A DNA stretch of 62,913 nucleotides, filler included, from Stramenopiles sp. TOSAG23-3 (lineage: Eukaryota), in NCBI GenBank assembly GCA_900128585.1. It is 9 parts of 9 records of this genome, joined end to end, with 100 filler letters (N's around TTAATTAATTAA, not from the genome) between each part and the next. Parts side by side here need not be neighbours in the genome. Positions count along the whole stretch, not along the records: positions 28,077 to 34,983 come from LT643236.1; positions 35,084 to 41,972 come from LT643237.1; 7 more parts are not named here. One strand, 5' to 3'. The translations under genes were made by a program, and so were the position numbers. Shown here in pieces: positions 30,685-41,182 of the stretch (the stretch's first letter is position 1; each line of letters opens with the position of its first letter). The notes beneath the pieces were generated by a model. It worked only from the letters and a program-made list of their open reading frames with translations, was not told the origin of the DNA and ran no database searches.

Positions 30685-33243
30685 ATGGATATCGTCTGGC
30701 CGGCTATGCGAGAGCGGCTGACGCCGTACAAACTGTCGTTGGCGGCTTTGTTAACTTTTTACGTCCCGACAGACGACAGCGTTACCCTAGAGTGTTTGGA
30801 GGATGCATCGTGTGTGAGTCTTCCGAACGAAGTGTACCGAGATTTTGCTGTACTTTTTCTTAAATTCATGCGCTCGGCGAGCGCACCTCGGTCGTCGTTG
30901 GAGGAACAGGAGCCCGCCTTGGTGGACCTTGTCAGCGAGCTAGAGGGCATGAGGACGGGGCACGGGAATGCCATAGGCAGATTTTTGCGTTTTCGTCTGT
31001 CTAGAATCCAAAGCCCCGACGATGTCATGGACTTGCTGTCCGCTCTGGATTCTCTGATGGACACTCCAGGGGCTGGCCAACAAAGTATCGACGAGTTTAC
31101 TGGCAGGCCGACGTACGTCGGGCGCAATAGTTGTTTCGGGGTGTTTTTGAGGCGCGTGGTGCTCGCGTCGGAGCAAATGCTGTTCGACGGTGTGTGCAGG
31201 CTGTACGACGACGTGCGGAACTTTTGCGAGGACTTTTCCCGTTCTACGAAGGCAGCGGCGAATAGACAGTTTTCTGCGGGCGGCTCTGCGATCGCCCAAC
31301 TGATCCACAAAGCCCACCTGTCGCCCAGGGTCCTTCAGCAGATACTGAGGGCGGAGGCGCTGCGGGTGGAGCGGGGGATAAGCACGATGGGCTTCGAGGA
31401 AACCGAAGAGGACATCAAAGGGCTGTTGGAGGTGGTCCCCAACCTGCCCCAAGCCTTTTTCCTTCGGTACTTGAACTGCCTGGTGCACAAGGAGTACCAG
31501 GGGGCGGTGGAAAACCTTCACCGGTACTTTGACTACGCGATACGCACGTTGGAGGCCCGGGCCAATGGCGAGAAAGACTCGGCGGAGGTGGTCCGAGTGA
31601 GGGGAAAGCGCCGCAAGAGCGTTTTCCAGCTCGCATCGCTGAACATGGCGGCCCTGCAGTTCCACTTCGGAAGGCTGGACGAGGCGCTTTTGGCCGTCAA
31701 CGAGACCATGCGGGTGGCGCAGCAGCACGGGGACCACCACTGCGTGGCCTGGGCGCTTTCTTGGCTGTACAGAATTAAGGCCGCTAAGAAGGACAGCGAG
31801 GCCCCCCAGCTGCTCCAGCGCTGCCTCGAGCACGCGACGGCCTTGAAGATGGAAGATTTGCAGCAGCTTATGATGTTTTCCGAGGCGGAGCGCCAAGTGT
31901 TTTTTCCGATACCTTCCATCAGCGAAGAGAGGTACGACCTTGCGAGCCGGAACAGCCGGCGAGGTCACGGGCCGCGCGCCCGCGACCACCGCAGCGAGTC
32001 GGCCCTCACTCGCAACCTGTTCGTGCAAGAGTCGAAACAGAGCAGCAGTGCTCCGGGGCCCGGCGAGCAGCCGAAAGAGGCCAAGCCCGAGGAGAGCATC
32101 GTCAAAGACTCCCGTGCCAATTTTCACAACGTGGTTGGTCGCATACACTTGCTTCGCTCTTCCCTGTGGGAGCTTGCGGGCGACGAGACGTTGGCCCAGC
32201 TGGCCCTCGACTCGAAGCTGGTAAGTTCGGCAAATTTTACGGACGGTTCAGCCCGCGGCCCCGAATCGAAACCCCCAACACACTTGCACGCCGTAGGCCT
32301 GCAAACGCTGATAGACGCCCGCCTGCGCTTCCCAAGGGTCCCTGGAAAGCTGTGGGCCCATGCGACCGCCTCGCTGCTGTTCGATGCGACGAAAAATCGA
32401 AACCAGATCGCACGAGCCGGGGCTCTGTGCCGGCAGCTTCTGGGGCTGAACGTTCTCTCCGACGGAAATGACACCCTGTACGTTGGGTCCAGGATTCGGC
32501 ACGCGCAGTACCTTCTCCTGCTCGGCCGCGTCGAGGATTCCTACAGCACGTACTTGAAGCTGCTGGACTACTGCAGCTCAAAAGGTATGGTCACCCAAGA
32601 GGCGGTGGTGCTCCTCGAAATGTCACGTCTTACGCTGAAGTCTTCCAAAACGACCGGCAACGCACCGTACGCCTTGCCATTTTTGATGCGCACGCTATCG
32701 CTGACCAGGAAGTACCGCCTCGCAAACCTCGAGGCCGAGGCGAGTGTCTTGCTGGCATCGGTGCATTTGCAGATGGGAAATGCCAGGCGCGCCCAGGGCG
32801 TACTCCTGGACTCCATGACCCAGATCATGGGATCTGCAATGGCAAGCGTCCAGGGCTCTGCCCACCTTTGCTACGCGAAATGCCTGTTTGGGGTGGCCAG
32901 CATGGGGCTGCAAAAAGCTGCGGGGGCCGTATCGCTGCGGAACAGTGCGCCAGAGGAGTCGTCCTTTCAGAGCTTGGCGGACGAGGCCTTACAGTCTTTG
33001 TTGCGGGCTATTGAGGCCTTCGAAGCCAGCCAAGACTACACCGGTCTGAGGGAATCCTTGTACCTTTTGGCACGCCTCTACAACGAGCTGCCGGGCCGGG
33101 AGCACGACCGTGACGTGACCGCGCAACGGTTTATGGAAATTGACGTATTGATAGGGGAGGCACGTGGAAAGCACGCGACCGATTTGAACTGCCTGCATAG
33201 CCGGGACGGGCTGCAGCGGATGGAAGTGGAGCTGAGGGGGTAA
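30685..33243 (+). CDS. ANAPC5: Anaphase-promoting complex subunit 5
   Basis: LTPYKLSL; FGVFLRRVVLA; FLRYLNCLVHKEYQGAVENLHRYFDY; ASLNMAALQFHFG...ETMRVAQQHGDHHCVAWALSWL; TPR-like C-terminus. Confidence 0.92.
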   Translation: MDIVWPAMRERLTPYKLSLAALLTFYVPTDDSVTLECLEDASCVSLPNEVYRDFAVLFLKFMRSASAPRSSLEEQEPALVDLVSELEGMRTGHGNAIGRFLRFRLSRIQSPDDVMDLLSALDSLMDTPGAGQQSIDEFTGRPTYVGRNSCFGVFLRRVVLASEQMLFDGVCRLYDDVRNFCEDFSRSTKAAANRQFSAGGSAIAQLIHKAHLSPRVLQQILRAEALRVERGISTMGFEETEEDIKGLLEVVPNLPQAFFLRYLNCLVHKEYQGAVENLHRYFDYAIRTLEARANGEKDSAEVVRVRGKRRKSVFQLASLNMAALQFHFGRLDEALLAVNETMRVAQQHGDHHCVAWALSWLYRIKAAKKDSEAPQLLQRCLEHATALKMEDLQQLMMFSEAERQVFFPIPSISEERYDLASRNSRRGHGPRARDHRSESALTRNLFVQESKQSSSAPGPGEQPKEAKPEESIVKDSRANFHNVVGRIHLLRSSLWELAGDETLAQLALDSKLVSSANFTDGSARGPESKPPTHLHAVGLQTLIDARLRFPRVPGKLWAHATASLLFDATKNRNQIARAGALCRQLLGLNVLSDGNDTLYVGSRIRHAQYLLLLGRVEDSYSTYLKLLDYCSSKGMVTQEAVVLLEMSRLTLKSSKTTGNAPYALPFLMRTLSLTRKYRLANLEAEASVLLASVHLQMGNARRAQGVLLDSMTQIMGSAMASVQGSAHLCYAKCLFGVASMGLQKAAGAVSLRNSAPEESSFQSLADEALQSLLRAIEAFEASQDYTGLRESLYLLARLYNELPGREHDRDVTAQRFMEIDVLIGEARGKHATDLNCLHSRDGLQRMEVELRG

Positions 33244-33492
33244 ATGGTAAATTACTTCGTAAGTGTTAATTTTTAAGATTCTCAAGAACTTGTAAAACAG
33301 TAAAAGAGAGGGGCATTTAAATGGGGCGATCACTTCGTGAATATATATTTATTTAAAACGGGCGCAGTATATGAAAAAAAACAAATTATATCAGTATATA
33401 TATAATTTTAAAAAAATTACTCTTACACACTGTCACTGTCTGAGAATTAACCATTGGCCACCGCACACCGCGGCAGGGTCGACACCTGCCTC

Positions 33493-34323
33493 TCAATAAT
33501 ATTTCCCTTTCGTATTTGTCTTCGTGACAAAATATTCGTCGTCGCTGTCGTCGCTGTCCAAGCCCTGGCGGTTGAAGCCGTACACGGCCCCTCCCCCCGC
33601 GATGCGGTCGCCTTTGGTGCCATCGACCTCCACCACAACGTTCTCTTCCGGGAAGCGGGCTTCAGCGATAACCTCGAATCGTACCAGAATTTCCTCCAAA
33701 TCGCGGGTGGTAAAATCGTCGCCGTTCGGGAGCCCGTCGAAGCCAACCATTCGTTCCGGGGGGCAGCTGACCCCGTTCGTGAAGAATACGACGGTCGGCA
33801 AGACTCGGATGGCCAGCTTGTTCACAAAGAACGGGGCTTTCTCCGCGTCGATCTTGATGACTTTAATGGCCTCCTTGTGTTCCTTGCTTATCAACGCTAG
33901 GTGCTTGTCAATAATTTTGCACCTTTCAAAGTCGTTGTGGTAGAAATGGCAAACTACTTTGTTCGTGGTGCAGACCTCCTTCAAAAAATCGGCTTCTTGA
34001 ATCATTCGGTACTCCCCGTTGCACCCTTCCGCGGCGGCCTTCTTCTTCTTCTGCACCTTTGACATGAGCTTGGCCATCCGTTTTTTGCGGATATCTTCAA
34101 GCTCGGGGTCGCACAATAGGTCATCGTCACTATCCGAGTCGTGGTTTCCTGTTGTGTTCTCCTTTTCTTGGCGCACCCGTTGTATCTCCCACTCCCTCTC
34201 GCGCTGCGCGGCCTCTGCCTTTTTATCTGCCTTCTCCCGCGCTTCTTCCCGAAGCCCTTGGACGAACTGTTCCGACACCGCTTCTGCTACGATGTCCCTG
34301 CCACCTCCTGCTAAAAATGCCAT
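33493..34323 (-). CDS. TXNDC9: Phosducin-like protein 3 / thioredoxin domain-containing protein 9
   Basis: DPELEDIRKKRM; GEYRMIQEADFL; VVCHFYHNDFERCKIIDKHL; KIDAEKAPFFVNKLAIRVLPTVV; GFDGL...DDF. Confidence 0.92.
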   Translation of the reverse strand: MAFLAGGGRDIVAEAVSEQFVQGLREEAREKADKKAEAAQREREWEIQRVRQEKENTTGNHDSDSDDDLLCDPELEDIRKKRMAKLMSKVQKKKKAAAEGCNGEYRMIQEADFLKEVCTTNKVVCHFYHNDFERCKIIDKHLALISKEHKEAIKVIKIDAEKAPFFVNKLAIRVLPTVVFFTNGVSCPPERMVGFDGLPNGDDFTTRDLEEILVRFEVIAEARFPEENVVVEVDGTKGDRIAGGGAVYGFNRQGLDSDDSDDEYFVTKTNTKGKYY

Positions 34324-34983
34324 CCCTCTGTCTTTAGTACGTGTGAGTGTTGGAAGCGTGTATGAAGAAATGTAAGCGTATGGTGTTTATTGCCCGACTT
34401 TACTGTACGTGGTAATAAATCCCCTCTCTCTATCTCCCTACCTTTATTCTTTTCAAATGAATAAACAATGCAAAAAGAATATGTATATATATTTCTGTAT
34501 TTAATCTACGTCGTTGTGATTTAAATCCACTGCATAAATTTTCGTCTATACATCAACGTATAGCTACAATAATAAGAGTTCAAACAGAATTTGTAATTAA
34601 ACAGTCAATTCCTCAAAAAAAACGATAATAATAAAATAAGAAATATAAATATGATGGATGAAGAAATCAAAAAAATCAAAATAATAATAAAAAAAAAATG
34701 ACTTTTTATTATTATTCAAAACAACTATAATAACAATGGGGATGATTATTTTTTAAATTATTTAAAAAATAAATAATAAATTACTGTTGTTTTATTATTT
34801 ATTTCTTCTTCTTCTTCCCTTCTATCTTCTTCTCTCTTTATTAGTCTAGACACTATGATAGATTATTTTGTAACTACTATTATAATTCTAATTTTTAATT
34901 TTAATTCCTTATTGTGTTCCTGTTGTTATTTTAATAATAAATAATTTTATTTTTTCTTTCTTTCTTTCTTTCTTTCTTTCTTT

Positions 34984-35083
34984 NNNNNNNNNNNNNNNNN
35001 NNNNNNNNNNNNNNNNNNNNNNNNNNNTTAATTAATTAANNNNNNNNNNNNNNNNNNNNNNNNNNNNNNNNNNNNNNNNNNNN
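34984..35083. other. Artificial contig linker
   Basis: N44-TTAATTAATTAA-N44. Confidence 0.98.
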
Positions 35084-35084
35084 G

Positions 35085-36503
35085 TCTATGCCGACGCAGT
35101 GGTTCTATGATTTGGAGAAACTTAAAGAGTACGTGGGGGAGCAGGAACTGCTATTCTTTCCCAAACCAAGCTGTTTCTTTTTTCATGACGGCACGAGAAC
35201 TCAAGAGGAGCATGACAAAATTAAGGAATACCATGGAGCCACAATTGCGAAGGCCCCCTCGTTGGCAGAAGCATCGTTTCCTGGGCACTATGCACTCGGA
35301 GACAACTGTCCGATGGGTGAGCTGTTGATGGGAATGATAGAGCTGGTGGCCACTTTTCCGCCCAATACTCTTGTAAACGGAAACGACGTGGCAAAGAAAT
35401 ATCTTGCTTGGCAAAAGACGTATACTGGACGGCAGTCGTATTCAATGAAAGAGTTTGCCAAAAACATGGCGGGGCCCAACGAAGACATTGTCGACGAAGC
35501 GGAGAAGGCAACTGCGCTGGCGAAAATGTCGTATCCTGATTGCGGTGCGGACAACACAATGACAGAAAATTTTGCCAAGGTTGTAGCGTGCACACTTCGT
35601 TTCTCAGAACTTCCTTTAGAGTTGTATCTACAGAATTTAGAAATTTTGATTCGGTTTCAGCAGAATTCCGCCGATAGCAAAGCAGTGTTAACTGGCCTTT
35701 TTCTGGGAAGGATGATGTATAAACTACTTGAAGGCGCCACAATAAAGGATGCGTTTGAAGAATCTGCTGCATTATGTACCGATGAAGTTACCACGAAAGC
35801 CGTCGAGTTTGTTCGTGCCAATGTGGCAAAGCCAACCTTCGAAGCATTGGATGCATATGGAGTGTTGATGCATGGCGAGGCCAAAGCCATCCTTGGACAC
35901 TGCTGCATGAATCCTCACGGCTTCGTACGTGTTCTGCTGGTGGTCCTCAAAGCTGATTTAGACTTTGCAGGTGCTGTGCAAGAAAATATATTTGCCTGTG
36001 GAGGAAACTGCGAGGCAGCGATTATGGTTGGTGCGTTGCTTGCTGCAGCAAGTGGTGTGCCGGACGACTTGGCTGCCAAATTTACACGCGCCGCAGAAGC
36101 GCGCGCATTGATCGCGCAAGCGATGCCTTCCTCGTCGCCCGAGGTAATCGCTGTTGCGAGCAGCGAAACGGCCGCTTCAACCGCCCCAGTAACTCTTCAA
36201 CAGACAGCTGAAACTTCCACGGCGCTGCCGTCAGAAAAGCCGCTGCCGCCCGCAGGTGTGGCTAGCACCGCAGAAGCTATTAAACCAACGCCTGATAGTT
36301 CTGCAGGGGTGGCAGCAGATGCTGCTGATCCTCCGGTACAGCTGAAAGTCGGGGACAAAGTACGGGCATTGTTTGCAGGTAAAGGGCATTGGTACCCAGC
36401 TACAGTAAGTGCGCTGAACGCCGACGGTACGTTTTCGCTTGATTACGCTGATGGTGATTTTGAGGACGATGCAAAACGAGAGCATATCCAAAAAAAGACA
36501 TGA
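35085..36503 (+). CDS. 5'-partial ADP-ribosylglycohydrolase-family protein (SelJ/J1-crystallin-like) with a C-terminal Tudor domain
   Basis: MPTQWFYD, F...PSCFF, GDNCPMGE, YPDCGAD, FAGAVQENIFACGGNC...GALLAA; Pro/Ala linker; Tudor LKVGDKVRALFAGKGHWYPATV...GTFSLDYADGDFE. Confidence 0.8.
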   Translation, partial: SMPTQWFYDLEKLKEYVGEQELLFFPKPSCFFFHDGTRTQEEHDKIKEYHGATIAKAPSLAEASFPGHYALGDNCPMGELLMGMIELVATFPPNTLVNGNDVAKKYLAWQKTYTGRQSYSMKEFAKNMAGPNEDIVDEAEKATALAKMSYPDCGADNTMTENFAKVVACTLRFSELPLELYLQNLEILIRFQQNSADSKAVLTGLFLGRMMYKLLEGATIKDAFEESAALCTDEVTTKAVEFVRANVAKPTFEALDAYGVLMHGEAKAILGHCCMNPHGFVRVLLVVLKADLDFAGAVQENIFACGGNCEAAIMVGALLAAASGVPDDLAAKFTRAAEARALIAQAMPSSSPEVIAVASSETAASTAPVTLQQTAETSTALPSEKPLPPAGVASTAEAIKPTPDSSAGVAADAADPPVQLKVGDKVRALFAGKGHWYPATVSALNADGTFSLDYADGDFEDDAKREHIQKKT

Positions 36504-37070
36504 GATCATGAGATCATGAGATCACTACATTCGTGGATAGAAGATAGAAGCCATGTTCAATGATAAATGCTTCCCTCCCTCCCTCCCTCTTTCATTGACA
36601 AAATAAGCTACAATTAAGTTATAATGTTTGTATTCTATTTTTTCAGATAGGATGATATAGTCGATTAGAATACTATTTCTTCATGATAAGTATATATTCT
36701 ATTTTTCGCCTTTTTTTTTTTTTCTTTGGGAAGAAGAAATCAAATTTAAAATCTGAGATACAAATGATAGGATATAATATTATAATACACTACTATTATT
36801 CATTATAAGTACAAAAGATAAAAATGATTCATTCTTCAAGAAGAAAGAAGAAAAGGAAGAAGGAAATCAGGAAATCCGGATTTTAAATTTTGTATCTTGA
36901 ACTGTATTTATAATTTAATAGAGAGAGAGAGAGTGAGAGGATTTACTTATACAATTAAAAATTACATAAACTTCTTTACTGGTTCTGTTTTCTTTTTTTT
37001 TTAAAACCCATCCAGCCGTGTCTTGTTTTGTTTAGTTTCTGCCTCTTTGCCTACCTGTCGCTCGAGATCG

Positions 37071-38489
37071 ATGGCAAGCCTAGTGACGGAGGGGGACGGT
37101 GGTGGTGGTCGATCGGACGGCAGTGGTGGTCGTGCACGGGGGGAGGAGGAGACAACGAAAACGAGCGTTTCGAAGGGCGTGGGGGAGGGGTACGACGAGC
37201 TGCTGAGTGCGGCGCGGAAGATGGATTTCGGGGAGTTCGAGCGGAACTTGGTGCTTACGGTGAACGAGGTGGGGGGGGTCCCGGTGGTCGTGTTCACCCC
37301 TCGCGCCGCGGGCGCGAAGCCGGACATGGACCTTCTGCTGAGCTACATGATCGGAACGCTGGACAAGATCGTCCAGTCCCCGTACGTCCTCGTCTACTGC
37401 CACACGGGCACGTCCTGGCTGTCCCGCAAGCACTTTGCGTGGCTGAAGCAGGCGTACGGCCTGCTCGGGCGCACGTACAAGAAGAACATTTCGAAACTGT
37501 TGATCGTCCACCCGAGCTTTGTCCTGAGCGCCGGGTTCGCGTTTGCCCGGCCCTTCCTGTCGAAGAAGTTCTGGCGGAAGGTTCACCGGTGCGGCAAGGT
37601 GGAGCAGGCCCGCCGGATCCTGGGGTTGGGGGAACACGACGACGTGACGATCCCCCCGCTCGTCTTCGAGAGCGAGGGTTCGGCGGTGCCGGTTCGCCGC
37701 CTCTTCTTCGGCGCGCTGATCGAGAAGCAGCCGAAAGGGGGCAACGGGTGCCCCGTGGTCGTGGAGGAAACGTGCAGGCTCCTGCTGGAGACGGGGGGCC
37801 TGGGCGTCGAGGGGATGTTCCGGGTCCCGGGGAGCGTGAAGGGCATAGAGGCGTTCCGGGACCACGTCGAGGCCGGCAACGCCGTCGAGGGATTCAAGAA
37901 GGACGAGTTCCCGGACCAGGCCGCCCGGTTGAACGTCCTGGGCGGGGTGCTGAAATTGTACCTTCGGGAGCTCCCCGTCCCCCTGGTCCCGTACGAGTGC
38001 TACCAGCCCCTCGTGGAGCTGTCGAAGGGCGGCAGCGGCGCCCTCCTCCCCGTGGAGGTGGGGAAGCGTGCGTTCGAGATCATTCGGTCGGGGATGGGGG
38101 GCGACGGCTTCAAGTGCCTCCTCTTTGTGCTTGGCTTCCTGTTCAAGTTCGAACAGGCGTCCGAGGCGACCAAGATGACCGCGAAGAACCTGGCCATCGT
38201 GTTTGCGCCCAACGTCCTGCGGGCCCCGAGCTCCACGGGGCCCCTGGTCGAGGCCCAGCAGATGAAGGACTGCATCGCCGTGTTGGAGCACTTGATAAAG
38301 TTCTTCGACCGGTTCCCAACGGTGTACGATTTCGACTACTCGCGCGTCGTCGAAGACCACGGGATCGGCGTCGGCCCGCTCCTGAACGGCGTCAAGCTTG
38401 AGAACGGCGCCGGGGACCCTGGCCATACCGGCGGCGGCGAGGGGGGGGCGGGGAAACGGGGGAGCGTCGTCGAGGAAGTCATGCTCTAG
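37071..38489 (+). CDS. BCH (CRAL-TRIO_2) plus RhoGAP protein, p50RhoGAP/ARHGAP1-like
   Basis: LDKIVQSPYVLVYCH...WLKQAY...YKKNISKLLIVHPS; GLGVEGMFRVPG (arginine finger); LKLYLRELPVPL; KMTAKNLAIVFAPNVLR. Confidence 0.92.
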   Translation: MASLVTEGDGGGGRSDGSGGRARGEEETTKTSVSKGVGEGYDELLSAARKMDFGEFERNLVLTVNEVGGVPVVVFTPRAAGAKPDMDLLLSYMIGTLDKIVQSPYVLVYCHTGTSWLSRKHFAWLKQAYGLLGRTYKKNISKLLIVHPSFVLSAGFAFARPFLSKKFWRKVHRCGKVEQARRILGLGEHDDVTIPPLVFESEGSAVPVRRLFFGALIEKQPKGGNGCPVVVEETCRLLLETGGLGVEGMFRVPGSVKGIEAFRDHVEAGNAVEGFKKDEFPDQAARLNVLGGVLKLYLRELPVPLVPYECYQPLVELSKGGSGALLPVEVGKRAFEIIRSGMGGDGFKCLLFVLGFLFKFEQASEATKMTAKNLAIVFAPNVLRAPSSTGPLVEAQQMKDCIAVLEHLIKFFDRFPTVYDFDYSRVVEDHGIGVGPLLNGVKLENGAGDPGHTGGGEGGAGKRGSVVEEVML

Positions 38490-38856
38490 GGTGGGGGAGG
38501 GAGCGTGGCGCAGCATCAGAGAGTGAGCGGGAAAGAGGCGGAAACGGTCGTATAGAAATTATGTGTGCGTACACGAGAGGTGCGAGAAATGTGCACGAAT
38601 AAATTAATATTTTACGTACGTACTCTTTTATTTATCAAACTTTCTTTTTGCACGACTGTGTGTCTGTCTCAGTATGATATGAATATTGATACTTTGCACG
38701 CACTCCGACAAACTCACCCGACGGCACCACCGAACCTCGCACGTTACCTGTGCATACTCACCCCCACCCCCGCCCGCCCGCCTTCCTTTTCCCCCCTTCC
38801 TCCCTCCCTCTCTTCCTCGATGGTTCGTTCGCACGGCCAATCAATGGTGTGCGAAT

Positions 38857-39811
38857 TTACATGGGGCCTGGCGCCATCCCCCCCATCTGCTGCTGCTGGG
38901 CCTCGTACTGCATCTGCATCAAGCGCTCGCCCATGATCAAGGCAATGACGTCGTCGTCCTTCATCTCGAGGCGAAGGCGAATCCTGTCGACGTCGGTCTT
39001 TACGGTGTTCAACGGGGCAACGAGCAGCTGGAACTTTTCCATGACCTCGCGGCCAAAGGTCTCCATCTCCTCCCGGTTTCCGCGGGTGGACATGTCCTGG
39101 AGCTTTGTGTGGAACTGCTGGACCCCTTGCTCGTAGAGGGTCTTCATGCGCTTCTGCTCCTCTTCGAACTTTTCCCGGCTCCCGAGGATGCCGCACATCA
39201 GGGCGGACTCCTCCGCGGCGGCGGCGGTCATCAAGGCCTCCCGAAGGCCCACCTCGGTCTGCATCTTGGTCTGAAGGGTCTCTTGGACCTGCTTCATCCC
39301 AAAGTCCGGGTCGACGCCCAGGTTCCTCCACTCGGCCTCTTGGAGCGTCTTGAGCTCCTCCCCAATGTCCTTCCCCTCCTTGTGGGCGGCAATGAGGTGG
39401 TTCTGGGTCTCCTCCTTGGTCAGCAGCATGTTGCTCGCGTTGAAGAACTTGGTCAGGACCCCGTTCGGCAATTGGCCGGACGTCTGGAGCTTCTTCTTCG
39501 ACTTCTTCTTGGCCTTGGCGGCGGCCGGCTTCTTCGCCTTGGCCTTGGCGACGGTCTTTACCGCAGGCGGCGCCTCCTCCTTCGGCGCGGCAGCAGGGGC
39601 GGCGGCGGCGGCGGTTCTTCTTCTTCTTTTTCGACGCCTTGGCCTTGGGGGCCGCGGAGGAGGAAGACGACGACGATTTTTCTGAGGAACCGCTAAATAC
39701 AAAGTACCCAATAGCCGCTGCCACCACCGCACACCCCGCTATGATCAACGGCGTGTTGTTGTCACCCCCAGCGTCCGCCTTCTTCTCTCCCGGTTTCCTT
39801 GTCGACGACAT
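38857..39811 (-). CDS. Signal-anchored membrane protein with a Lys/Ala-rich linker and helical domain, function unknown; frameshift at about 39615
   Basis: ATG 39811 gives MSSTRKP...PLIIAGCAVVAAAIGYFVF...KASKKKKK. It continues in the +1 frame as TAAAAAPAAAPKEE... to the stop at 38857; that frame shows the high-GC3 coding pattern. Confidence 0.7.
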
Positions 39812-40084
39812 TGTTAGAAAGAAGAAAGAAGAAAAAAAAGAGAGAATGTAAGTGAAACAAACGAAATAAAATCTGTATATTTTTTCTGTGGTGTGTGGAT
39901 GACAGTTTTTCAATATCCTTTTCATTTCTTAATCTTTTGTTCTATCTCTTTGATTGTAAGATGTTAATGTCTTTTTCTTCTTTTTCTTTCTTTGGGTTCT
40001 ACTTCTTATTTCTTCTTCTGTGAATCATCTCTCTTCTTTTCTCTTCTGTGGTTCAGAGGAGGTATAATAAATAATCAGGGCTGG

Positions 40085-40343
40085 AAGAAAGAAGAAAGAA
40101 AGAAAGAAGAAGAAGAAGAATGAGAATGAAGAAAGAAGAAAGAAGAAAGAAGAGAGAAGAAAGAAGAAAGAAAGAAAGAAGAAAGAAGAAAGAAAGAAAG
40201 AAAGAAAGAAGAAAGAAAGGAAACAGAGCCATAATTAAGGAGTTAAGCCTATTAAATAATGTATTTATAATAAGATGATAAAATTTCTGGTTTCACAGAG
40301 AAAGAAGAAAGAAAGAAGGTTTCTTCTTCTTCTTCTTGGATTC

Positions 40344-40419
<76 letters not shown>

Positions 40420-40880
40420 TTCTTTCGACTCTTTCTTTCTTTCTTTGTTTTTTGATAGGATATATATTGTATTTGTATATTAATAATAAGTATAATAAAT
40501 ATATAGAATACATGAAAAGTATTCTTCTATTCTATTTCTATGTTATTTATTATTATTCTATTCTATTTCTATGTTATTTTATTATTTTTTGAATTATTTT
40601 TTTTTTATTTTGAATTTATTATTAAAATATTTAATTCCTTCTTCTTCACCTCTCTTTTCTTCTCTTTCTTCTTCTTTCTTCTTCTTTCTTTTCTTCTTCT
40701 TTCTTTCTTTCTTCTTCTTCTTCTTTCTTTCTTTCTTCTTTTCTTTCTTTTCTTTTCCACCTCTTCTTTTTCTTCTTCTTCTTCTTCTTTCTTTCTTTCT
40801 TCTTTTCTTTCTTTTCTTTTCCACCTCTTCTTTTTCTTCTAACTTTCTTCTTTCTTTCTTCTTCTTTCTTTCTTCTTCTT
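40085..40880. repeat. Long polypurine then polypyrimidine microsatellite tracts ((GAAA)n/(GAA)n, then (CTTT)n/(CTT)n)
   Basis: Purine tract at about 40085-40222; pyrimidine tracts at about 40320-40450 and 40640-40880. Confidence 0.9.
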
Positions 40881-41182
40881 AGGTAACATAAAGATAGCAC
40901 TATAATAATTAAACCTTACAACAAATAAAACTTCATTCAATTGAATTCAATTCAAAAAAAGGTTCCATACGTAGAAAACAAAACAGGTCTTCTTACGTAT
41001 GAATAGATACATACGTAGATAATAAACAAACGTAAGAACGAAGAAAGAAATAGGAGTGGCTCTTTTGTAATTTCTTCTTACGAATGAAAGAAAGATTGTA
41101 AACAATCATTTGAATTCAATCCTTCCTTCTTGTTTTCCATACACTACTCGACGACCGACCGACCGACCGTTTTGACACCACC

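Noticed and set aside
30940..32148. 402-aa antisense ORF over APC5
   Set aside because: Antisense shadow of a GC-rich coding frame with no recognisable motifs.
36504..36600. SECIS element downstream of the SelJ-like gene
   Set aside because: No in-frame TGA within the visible domain and no recognisable SECIS fold; only a short (GAGATCAT)3 repeat.
37028..38516. 457-aa off-frame and 478-aa antisense ORFs over the RhoGAP gene
   Set aside because: Expected shadows of extreme GC3 bias; Arg/Gly/Pro-rich or motif-free.
40265..40900. Phe/Leu-rich and Lys/Arg-rich ORFs (also 11894-12319 and 15074-15382)
   Set aside because: Translations of microsatellite tracts.
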